A stretch of 64,000 nucleotides of DNA from Limnochordia bacterium (GTDB taxonomy: Bacteria > Bacillota > Limnochordia > DTU080), in the NCBI GenBank assembly GCA_050951545.1, contig JBMNJG010000007.1:352001-416000 (forward strand). Reading direction: 5' to 3'. Both the position numbers and the translations under genes were made by a program. Each line of letters opens with the position of its first letter. The first letter of the stretch is position 1. Under the pieces are notes generated by a model. That model was not told the origin of the DNA and made no database searches. It saw nothing but the letters and a program-made list of their open reading frames with translations. Positions 56,445-64,000 of the stretch are shown here, piece by piece.

Positions 56445-57851
56445 ATGTCGAATCTCTTCCTGTACGAAGACGAGAGTGTCAGGAACCTCATGGAGCAGTA
56501 CCTCACGGACTGGATCTTTGCTCGTCAGCCACTTAAGACGGAGAGTGACATTGTCGTGCGATGGGGCAACGAAAGCGCTCCTGAAATGTACCCGCTAGCG
56601 CTCAATCCCGTTCATGGCAGTCAAACGGCCAGAGCGGGGCGCTTGTTCCGGCGCATCATGAAGCTGTCGGGTATCACTACGTCTTCGCAGGTCGATGAGG
56701 GGGTGGAGCCGCCCTGGAAGGCCAACCCCCGTAACCTGCGTCACCGCTTTCAGATCGGTGTGTTCGATATGTCGGTGATCTTCTTTCGTGAGGAGATGGC
56801 CACCGGGGCCAAGGCCACCTCCGGAGTGCGTAGCAGCGAGGTTCGCCGACTGAAAGAGCTGGCCATGCGTGCCGTCTACGCGTCTGGTCTCGACTTTGGT
56901 GTGGTGCATGCGGGCGTAGAGCGCAAGACGCGTGAACTCGTGATTCTAGGGGTAGATCCGGCCCCGCGTCTGGCAGCCAACACAGCGTTGCGTTTTGCTG
57001 GGGGCATGTTGCGCTACGCGAGTGCCATAAATTCGGTGAAGGGCAAGATGCGTAGCAAAAGCTTAGCCATCGGTCTCGGTGCTGATCCCGAGTTTACGCT
57101 GGCCAAGCGAGATGGCGGTCGGGCCTTTGCCTCAGACTATCTGCCTGTAGCCGGATCAGTGGGCTGCGAGATGCAGCCCGCACAGTTCAACGGCCGTTCA
57201 CACAAGCCTGTAGCCGAGTTGCGGCCCAACTATGCGCTAAGTCCTATCCGCCTTTTCAACAATCTCAAGCAGACAGTGGATAGGGCCAATCAGCTGATCC
57301 CTCCGGGAATTGTCTGGCTGGCGGGGAGTGTGCCTGACGGGACTTTCCCCACGGGTGGACACATTCATTTTAGCCGCATACCTCTATCGACACGTCTTCT
57401 GCGGTCCCTAGACAGCTACTTGGCTGCGCCCCTGCTTCTCGTGGAGGATCCCGCCCGCACTATCATCCGGCGGCCGCGCTACGGTTTCCTCGGCGACATC
57501 CGCGTGAAGTCGCACGGTGGTTTTGAGTACCGTACTCCATTCTCGTGGCTACACAACCCAGTCTTGGCGAGGGGAACCCTCTGCTTAGCCTATGTGGTCG
57601 CTCGGGAGCACTTGCTGCTTACTCAGAATCTGTTCGCCGATCCTCTGTACATAGAGGCTTTCTATGCCGCCGAAAAGGGGCCTTTTCGACAGAGACTCGA
57701 TGCGCTGTGGGCGGATCTCGAAGGAACACCCAGCTTTGACACCTACCGCAAGTCGCTTAGCGAATTGCGGGCCCTGATAGACTCCGGCTGGGTGGTGGAC
57801 GAAGGCGCAGATTTCCGGCGGGTGTGGTTCGGCGAAAAAGGGAGGGTGTGA
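56445..57851 (+). CDS. Putative amidoligase (phiEco32-like COOH-NH2 ligase type 2)
   Basis: LGADPEF, AELRP, GGHIHFS, RRPRYGFLGDIR and HGGFEYRT motifs. Confidence 0.8.
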   Translation: MSNLFLYEDESVRNLMEQYLTDWIFARQPLKTESDIVVRWGNESAPEMYPLALNPVHGSQTARAGRLFRRIMKLSGITTSSQVDEGVEPPWKANPRNLRHRFQIGVFDMSVIFFREEMATGAKATSGVRSSEVRRLKELAMRAVYASGLDFGVVHAGVERKTRELVILGVDPAPRLAANTALRFAGGMLRYASAINSVKGKMRSKSLAIGLGADPEFTLAKRDGGRAFASDYLPVAGSVGCEMQPAQFNGRSHKPVAELRPNYALSPIRLFNNLKQTVDRANQLIPPGIVWLAGSVPDGTFPTGGHIHFSRIPLSTRLLRSLDSYLAAPLLLVEDPARTIIRRPRYGFLGDIRVKSHGGFEYRTPFSWLHNPVLARGTLCLAYVVAREHLLLTQNLFADPLYIEAFYAAEKGPFRQRLDALWADLEGTPSFDTYRKSLSELRALIDSGWVVDEGADFRRVWFGEKGRV

Positions 57852-57854
57852 GCT

Positions 57855-59201
57855 ATGTATCGCGTGCGCCTGAATACGGTTAAGAGTCCATCCGCTTGCG
57901 GGCTGTACCTGCCCGCGCGCGTTCTCGAAGGCCTGCAAGTGGTGCCGGGAAATCATGTGGAGGTGCAGGTGGGGTCCAGGGTGGCTCGAACGGTCATCGG
58001 TGCTCTGCCACGTACGTGTATCAGTAGTGATCTGAAGCGGAGACTGCGTTTGCCTCTGGGAGTGCTGCGCCTGCATGTGAGGCGGCGGGGAGAACGTCTG
58101 CAGCTCGGCCCTTTTCTAGGAATTCTGGGGCGGCCTCAGACCAGTAGCCCGTACGGCGAGCAGACGGCATTCTTTCGCCGTCTCATCGCTCGGGCGAAGG
58201 TCATGCACATCTACGCTTATGTGTTTGCTCCCGGCGACGTTAGTACCAATGCCGCAACAGTGATGGGGCATCGGCCTTACAAGAACTCAACCAGCTGGGT
58301 CACTCGGCGTTGCCCTGTGCCTGATGTTGTCTTTGATCGCGGTTTCTTTCGGGGCGTGGATCGGGTGCGAGCGGCGAAGATGCGGCTGAAGCTCGTGAAC
58401 GAATTCGGAGTCAAGCTGTTCAACACCGATATCGGTAGCAAGTGGGACGTGCACCAGAAGCTGTTGGCGGAAGAGGGGCTCGAGGCGTTCTTGCCAGAGA
58501 CCGCGGTTGCCGATTCACAGAGCATCAGGCGCTTGCTAGATCAGTACCGTGTGATCTACGCCAAACCAGTCTTTGGTAACCAGGGGCGCAGTGTCTTTCG
58601 GGTGCGCTATCGGCGCAACAAAGTGGCTTATGAAGCTCATCTGCGGCGCGGGAAAGTGGTAAGAGCCTCTGTTCCGACCACAGTCGAACTGACGGAAGCG
58701 CTCAAGGCTACAGGAGAGAGATGCCCGTTCATCGCACAGCAGGGGCTCAATCTGACGAGAGTGCAGGGGCGCACGACCGATCTGCGAGCTCTGGTGCAGA
58801 GGGATCGCTCTGGTGCGTGGCGCTTAACTGGAGTGGGGGTGCGTATTGGAGGTCGCTCAAATGTGGTCTCCAACCTGCACGCTGGGGGTAGCGCGGCCAA
58901 ACTCGATGTGCTCATACCCAGACCCGGGCGGCGGGCCAAGGTGGAGGAGCTGGGAAAACGCATCGAGGATCTGGTGCTCAAGGTGGCAGAGGTCCTTGGC
59001 CGCCACCACTTGCTGGGCGAGCTGGGCATTGACCTGGGTCTGGATACCGACGGCAGGCTGTGGGTGATCGAGGTAAACTTGCGTCCCGGCAGGGCCACTT
59101 TCAGACGTGCAGGGCTGATGGAGGCCTGGCGGCGGTCAGGGCGGGCCCCATTGGAGTTTGCTCTGCATCTGTGGGAGGCGAACGAAGATGCAGACGACTG
59201 A
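57855..59201 (+). CDS. YheC/YheD family ATP-grasp protein
   Basis: LGPFLGIL, PDVVFDR, KP..GNQG, DLRALVQRD, SNLHAGG, GELGIDLGLD, IEVN. Confidence 0.88.
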   Translation: MYRVRLNTVKSPSACGLYLPARVLEGLQVVPGNHVEVQVGSRVARTVIGALPRTCISSDLKRRLRLPLGVLRLHVRRRGERLQLGPFLGILGRPQTSSPYGEQTAFFRRLIARAKVMHIYAYVFAPGDVSTNAATVMGHRPYKNSTSWVTRRCPVPDVVFDRGFFRGVDRVRAAKMRLKLVNEFGVKLFNTDIGSKWDVHQKLLAEEGLEAFLPETAVADSQSIRRLLDQYRVIYAKPVFGNQGRSVFRVRYRRNKVAYEAHLRRGKVVRASVPTTVELTEALKATGERCPFIAQQGLNLTRVQGRTTDLRALVQRDRSGAWRLTGVGVRIGGRSNVVSNLHAGGSAAKLDVLIPRPGRRAKVEELGKRIEDLVLKVAEVLGRHHLLGELGIDLGLDTDGRLWVIEVNLRPGRATFRRAGLMEAWRRSGRAPLEFALHLWEANEDADD

Positions 59202-60579
59202 GACGCAGATGGCGCAGATCATCACTCATGAGGCCAAGGCGAAATCCACGGAGCGCGTCATATCTTTCCCAGCGGCACTCGCCGAACGTTTCTCGCTTCT
59301 GCCTGGGAGCAAAATCCCTCTAAAGGTGGGCAAGGTCGCCACAGAAGTGGTGGTTCGTGTTGACGACTCTTCGGCCGCCGATTCTGCTCAGGTGAGTCTC
59401 AGTGCCAACCTCTTCCAGAAGCTGGGCATCACGGCTAAGAGTCGTCTACACGCACTGCGAACTACGTCGGGAGTTCGCTTAGGTCCTATCGTGGGTATTT
59501 TGGCCCCGCGTCGTTCAGGGCTGGCCAGACCGTATCAGGCGCAGACCAGTCTGTTTAGGCGGGTGATCGTGGCAGGCGAGGAATTGGGCGTGCTGGTTTA
59601 CGTCTTTGATTTTCACGATATCAGGTGGACGGAGCGCAGGGTGCGGGGCTACACCTTCTCTCAGGGACGCTGGGTAGTGAGGCGCTACCCTCTACCCGAC
59701 GTGGTCTTTGACCGGGCCACCGGTGTTTTTCCAGGCGGGAGTCTGCACGCAGACAAGGCGCGCCATCGCCTCGTCCGCACCTTTGGGGTTAAGCTGTTTA
59801 ACACCCGCCTCGGAGGCAAGATGCGCATGCACAGACTGATGCGGGCTGATGAGCTGTTGCGCAAGCATCTGCCTGTGACACGCCGGGTACAGGGAAGCGA
59901 GGTGGTAGCCCAGCTGGTGGCGGGGCATGGAGGTGTCTACCTCAAGCCGCAAAACGGAGCACAAGGCAAGGGGATTATCCGTTTGCGGCGTGCCAAAAAA
60001 GGCGTCACATACACCTTAACGACGAGAGACTACACACAGGTGCGAGGGCATGCGGCTAGTGTGGCTGGCGCGCTTGGCAGCTTGCGCCGTCGTGTATCGC
60101 TCTCTAACTACTTGGTGCAACCCGATCTAAACCTGCTGCGCTTGAATGGCCGCATATGTGATGTGCGGGTGCTGGTGCAAAAGGATGTTGACGGCGCCTG
60201 GCACATCACCGGAGTGGCGGTGCGGGCAGGGGCCGCGGGCCGTGTCATCTCGAATCTGCATGGGGGAGGGCGTTCGTTGCGCCTGGAGCGCTTGCTGCAG
60301 AGCGCCTTAGGAGCTGACGAAGAGACGACGCATCAGTTGCAGGAAGAGATTGGGAACCTGGCCATACGCATAGCCGAAGTTCTCGATCGCTCGACTCCTT
60401 GTTTGGGCGAGCTAGGTGTGGACCTGGGAGTGGATCGAACAGGGCGAATCTGGATCATTGAAGCGAACTCGCGTACCGGGCGTGCCGTTTTCCGGAGGTG
60501 TGGCATGCACGACGCAGCCCGCCTGGCAGACAGACGTCCACTGCTTTTTGCGATGTACCTTGCAGGCTTTACTACGTAA
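59188..60579 (+). CDS. YheC/YheD family ATP-grasp protein
   Basis: LGPIVGIL, PLPDVVFDR, LKPQNGAQGKGI, DVRVLVQKD, SNLHGGG, GELGVDLGVD, IEAN. Confidence 0.88.
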   Translation: MQTTETQMAQIITHEAKAKSTERVISFPAALAERFSLLPGSKIPLKVGKVATEVVVRVDDSSAADSAQVSLSANLFQKLGITAKSRLHALRTTSGVRLGPIVGILAPRRSGLARPYQAQTSLFRRVIVAGEELGVLVYVFDFHDIRWTERRVRGYTFSQGRWVVRRYPLPDVVFDRATGVFPGGSLHADKARHRLVRTFGVKLFNTRLGGKMRMHRLMRADELLRKHLPVTRRVQGSEVVAQLVAGHGGVYLKPQNGAQGKGIIRLRRAKKGVTYTLTTRDYTQVRGHAASVAGALGSLRRRVSLSNYLVQPDLNLLRLNGRICDVRVLVQKDVDGAWHITGVAVRAGAAGRVISNLHGGGRSLRLERLLQSALGADEETTHQLQEEIGNLAIRIAEVLDRSTPCLGELGVDLGVDRTGRIWIIEANSRTGRAVFRRCGMHDAARLADRRPLLFAMYLAGFTT

Positions 60580-60597
60580 AAGGATTGGGGCTGGAGT

Positions 60598-61935
60598 ATG
60601 AGAGTGCGCCTGGAGTTGATGAACCAAGGCGGGACCGCTTATGCGGTGAGGGCACCCCGCGGGTTGGTGAAGGGACACCGCAAGGTAACGGTGCGTGTGG
60701 GGCAGCGCCAAGTGCAGGCCTACTGTTCCACAGGATCAGCGCAAGCTACACTGGGCTTAAATGCTGCCCTGCTCAGCAAGATGAACCTACGGCGAGGTAT
60801 GCGTCTGCACGCCCGCTTTGAGGCAGGGGTGCTGCACATTGGTCCGCTCGTGGGTATTCTGGTGCCAGGAACACGGGGCTTGCCGAACCCCATCGGAAAC
60901 ATGACCTTGGGTGTGCGCTACCTCATCGAACAAGGGCGCGCAGTGGGCGTATATCCATTTGCCTTTGCCTGTAGCGCTGTCGATTTCAAGCGCGGTGTGG
61001 TGCGCGGCTACACGCTCAGCCTAGGGGGAGACGAACCACGGTGGGTGCGTCGCCTTTTCCCCCTTCCTGACGTGGTGTACGATCACATCACCTACAGAAG
61101 ACGCGATCGCAGTGCAGACATCCGCAAACTGCGTGCCCGCTTTGCTGAAGCTCAGATTCCCCTCTTCAACCAAGGGTTCTTCGACAAATGGGAAGTGCAT
61201 AACCGTCTGCTGAACTCACCAGAGATGCTGCCCCATCTGCCCGAGACTCAGCTACTGGGCCCGGAGACCCTAGAGCAGATGACGGCCAGCTACCGTAGGC
61301 TCTTCATCAAACCGGCGCAAGGCAGTCTCGGGCGTAGCATCTATATACTAACCGCTTCCCCCACTGGGAAATTCGAGTTTCGTCGGGGCAGGGGTCGGGT
61401 GAGGCGTGAGATGCTTTCCGATCTGACTCAGGTCGAAGCTAAACTATCGCGGCTCAGCAACGATTACTACATTGTGCAGCAGGGGCTCGATCTTTGCCGA
61501 GCGCATGGGCGCACAGTGGATCTGCGGGTTATTATGCAGCGCAATGGACGAGGGCGCTGGGCCATGTCCAAGATCTTCGCTCGAGTGGCCCGGCGCGGAC
61601 GGCTCGTAGCGAATATCTCGGCAGGCGGCAAGGGGCTATCAGCGAGCCAGACCTTGCGTCGTTGCTTTTCTGCTGGCAAGGTGAGGTCCCTGATTGGTGA
61701 GATCCGGCGCGTGGCTCGCTTGGTCTGCACTGTCATGGCTGAAAACACCGACGGACACCTCGGTGAGCTAGGTGTGGATGTCGGTGTGGACAGACGGGGA
61801 CGTGTGTGGGTGATTGAGGTGAACAGCAAGCCGCACCGCAAGCCGTATGACACACTTGAGGGGCGGCCGACTGCCAAACGGTCTTTTCGCCGTCCGATGC
61901 AGTATGCGGCCTACTTGGCGGGATTTCGTATATAG
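60598..61935 (+). CDS. YheC/YheD family ATP-grasp protein
   Basis: IGPLVGIL, PLPDVVYD, FFDKWEV, IKPAQGSLG, DLRVIMQRN, GELGVDVGVD, IEVNSKP. Confidence 0.88.
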   Translation: MRVRLELMNQGGTAYAVRAPRGLVKGHRKVTVRVGQRQVQAYCSTGSAQATLGLNAALLSKMNLRRGMRLHARFEAGVLHIGPLVGILVPGTRGLPNPIGNMTLGVRYLIEQGRAVGVYPFAFACSAVDFKRGVVRGYTLSLGGDEPRWVRRLFPLPDVVYDHITYRRRDRSADIRKLRARFAEAQIPLFNQGFFDKWEVHNRLLNSPEMLPHLPETQLLGPETLEQMTASYRRLFIKPAQGSLGRSIYILTASPTGKFEFRRGRGRVRREMLSDLTQVEAKLSRLSNDYYIVQQGLDLCRAHGRTVDLRVIMQRNGRGRWAMSKIFARVARRGRLVANISAGGKGLSASQTLRRCFSAGKVRSLIGEIRRVARLVCTVMAENTDGHLGELGVDVGVDRRGRVWVIEVNSKPHRKPYDTLEGRPTAKRSFRRPMQYAAYLAGFRI

Positions 61936-61962
61936 CTAGCTCGGCGTGATACGGGAGGTTGG

Positions 61963-63141
61963 TTGAGCATGACCATGGGTAGTTCCTCAGACGGACGCTT
62001 TGTACTGGGTATACTGGCCACGCGCGGTACTAACCGGCCTGCGAGCTCCAGGGATCCTTTTCCAGGGCGTACGAGGACATTTCAGGAGATGACCAGGCTG
62101 GCTCGAAAACAGGACGTGGACGTGGCGGTTTTTTCCCCCAAACGTATCGACAAGAGGCATTCGCGGGTGCTTGCCTGGGTTTTTGTGCCTCGGCGGGGTT
62201 GGGTACAGCGCTACTATCCTCTGCCCAGTGTGATCTACAACAGGGTAGCCAACCGACGAGCTGAGGCGCGCCCCAGCGTTCAAGGAATGCTGGCCTGGCT
62301 CAAGACAAAAGGGGTGGTGGTCTTTAACCCCCGCTTTCTCGATAAGTGGGATGTCTATGCCGCGCTGCAGGCTGATCAGATCCTACGTCCGAGCGTTCCA
62401 GAGACGGTGCTCTACACCAATCCGGGCCAAGTGCTAGATGGGCTACGCAGGTGGGCAGTAGTCTACTGTAAGCCCCGACGGGGCAGTTTGGGAACTGGGA
62501 TCGCAGCTCTGTGGCTTTCGAGGGATGGTCGGGTGGCCGTGCGGCGCAATGGTGTAGGCGTGGGTACTGTGATGCTTCGGCTTCCGAGCACGCAGGCTGC
62601 GTGTCGCTGGGCCGATCAGCGTCTGCGCCCCTATCGCTACTGCCTGCAGAAGGGCGTCAAGCTAGCCACCACCCAGGGGCGACGCTTCGATATCCGCGCA
62701 CTGGTGCAGAAAGATGGGCAGGGCACTTGGCGCTTCACGGGTGCTGCGGCCCGCGTAGCAGGTAGGGGACAACTCACTACTCATGTGCCGCGCGGCGGTA
62801 GCCGCCTGGCGCTACGATCGGCGCTCGGACGCGCTCTGCGGAACCCACTGGAAGTGGAACGGGTGGAACAAGAGCTCGCAGAGCTGTCGGAGGCTGCGGC
62901 AGTGAGTCTGGAAAAAGACCAGGGCGAGGTGTTCGGTGAATTCTCACTGGACGTTGGACTAGACAAGGAAGGGAAGTTATGGATTCTTGAGGTGAACGCC
63001 AAGCCGTTTCGTTTTGACGAAGCAGAGATACGCCATCGCGCCTTTGAGCGCCTGATTGCTTTCGCTCGTTACCTGGGTCAAGAGGCAAGCACGTCACTGG
63101 AAGACGCAGATCAGGTTCCGGTTGCTAGCCCTTGCAGGTAG
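61963..63141 (+). CDS. YheC/YheD family ATP-grasp protein
   Basis: PLPSVIYNR, FLDKWDV, KPRRGSLGTGI, FDIRALVQKD, TTHVPRGG, LEVNAKP. Confidence 0.88.
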   Translation: MSMTMGSSSDGRFVLGILATRGTNRPASSRDPFPGRTRTFQEMTRLARKQDVDVAVFSPKRIDKRHSRVLAWVFVPRRGWVQRYYPLPSVIYNRVANRRAEARPSVQGMLAWLKTKGVVVFNPRFLDKWDVYAALQADQILRPSVPETVLYTNPGQVLDGLRRWAVVYCKPRRGSLGTGIAALWLSRDGRVAVRRNGVGVGTVMLRLPSTQAACRWADQRLRPYRYCLQKGVKLATTQGRRFDIRALVQKDGQGTWRFTGAAARVAGRGQLTTHVPRGGSRLALRSALGRALRNPLEVERVEQELAELSEAAAVSLEKDQGEVFGEFSLDVGLDKEGKLWILEVNAKPFRFDEAEIRHRAFERLIAFARYLGQEASTSLEDADQVPVASPCR

Positions 63142-63151
63142 AGCATTCGCC

Positions 63152-63532
63152 TTACAGTATGTTACTGAGTCTGAACGCTTCTTTCCGCGGTACATGCGTG
63201 AACAGGTGGTGGGCCGCCCGCGCTTCGGCCAAGAGTGCAGCAGGCTCCTCTGCTTCAGCGTATCCGCGTAGTCGACTCAAGACATCATTGATGTCGTCAA
63301 TCTCAGGGTGCTCGGTGAGCAGATTCCAGCGTCGCTCAATTCTCTGCCAGCGCTTCCACAGGGTCTCCGCATGCTGGCGTACACTGGGCCAGTCCTCGTG
63401 TTGGACGGCGGTGGTGACCGCCTGTACGTCGGCCTCCAACTGCTCGCCTGCGCGGATGAGATCATGCTGTGCCCAAAGAGCCACGCCTATGAATAGTAGA
63501 ACAAGTAGTCCCAGTACTCCTACCGTGCGCAT
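63152..63532 (-). CDS. DUF4363-like protein
   Basis: N-terminal TM, EDW...W...EHPEIDDI, C-terminal LSNIL; coupled to the DUF421 gene. Confidence 0.7.
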   Translation of the reverse strand: MRTVGVLGLLVLLFIGVALWAQHDLIRAGEQLEADVQAVTTAVQHEDWPSVRQHAETLWKRWQRIERRWNLLTEHPEIDDINDVLSRLRGYAEAEEPAALLAEARAAHHLFTHVPRKEAFRLSNIL

Positions 63533-64000
63533 GCGATGGATCCCTCCGCAGGTCTGGCCATTTGCTTAACCTGGTAGTAGAGATTGCCCGCTGTGTCCAG
63601 ACTGGCAAACAGCACATCTTTGTGGCTGGCGATGCCGAATCTCTGTAGCTCTTGCTGGAGCCAAGCAGCATCTAGATGGGCACGGCGGAGTGCTTCTTGA
63701 TCGACCCGTCCATCCACGACAAGCGTAAGTGGCAGGCCTTCATAACTAGTAGATATCTGCATATCTTGTGGCGTAAGGGCTCTGCGTTGCGATTTCGGGA
63801 GAACGCTCAGTTTGCCATTTGTCTCGAGTAGGGCAAATTCTACGTCGGCAATGTTGGGGTAGCCTTTGCCGCGCAGCTGCTCCAGCAAGTCGTTAATGTT
63901 GTAGCGTAGGGAGCGCATCGTGGTCTCTTGAATGACACCATTCTCGATCACGACAGAGGGATGTCCACACACAAGACGACGAACACCCTGGCTGTGCAGG
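63520..64000 (-). CDS. DUF421 (YetF) family protein, partial (5' end outside window)
   Basis: GHPSVVIENG, LLEQLRGKG, DVEFALLETNGKLSV, LVVDG. Confidence 0.88.
   Translation of the reverse strand, partial: LHSQGVRRLVCGHPSVVIENGVIQETTMRSLRYNINDLLEQLRGKGYPNIADVEFALLETNGKLSVLPKSQRRALTPQDMQISTSYEGLPLTLVVDGRVDQEALRRAHLDAAWLQQELQRFGIASHKDVLFASLDTAGNLYYQVKQMARPAEGSIACAR

Noticed and set aside
56342-56536. Possible precursor peptide for the ATP-grasp ligases
   Set aside because: Overlaps the amidoligase out of frame, has no RBS, and shows no graspetide-like repeats.

Overview
GC-rich chromosomal window, most likely from a diderm, spore-forming Bacillota (inferred Limnochordia-like). It combines outer-membrane genes (TpsB, Skp/OmpH) and non-lipoprotein solute-binding proteins with sporulation-associated genes (coat-like protein, YheC/YheD, DUF421/DUF4363) and a CtsR-boxed clpP. 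The dominant feature is a 21.4-kb gene for a 7149-aa LktA/filamentous-haemagglutinin-type TpsA protein with mosaic ~1.2-kb internal repeats, in an operon with a ShlB/FhaC transporter and a Skp chaperone. Other content: four orphan sugar-binding proteins with hydrolases and oxidoreductases, three unannotated small proteins, tRNA-fMet and tRNA-Met, pentose and GlcNAc catabolic genes, a partial oad cluster, and an operon of a COOH-NH2 ligase plus four YheC/D ATP-grasp ligases. Recurrent sigmaH-like promoters and a dispersed 21-bp intergenic repeat were also noticed. No integrase, transposase, CRISPR array or rRNA was seen. All calls come from reading motifs by eye; no database searches were run.
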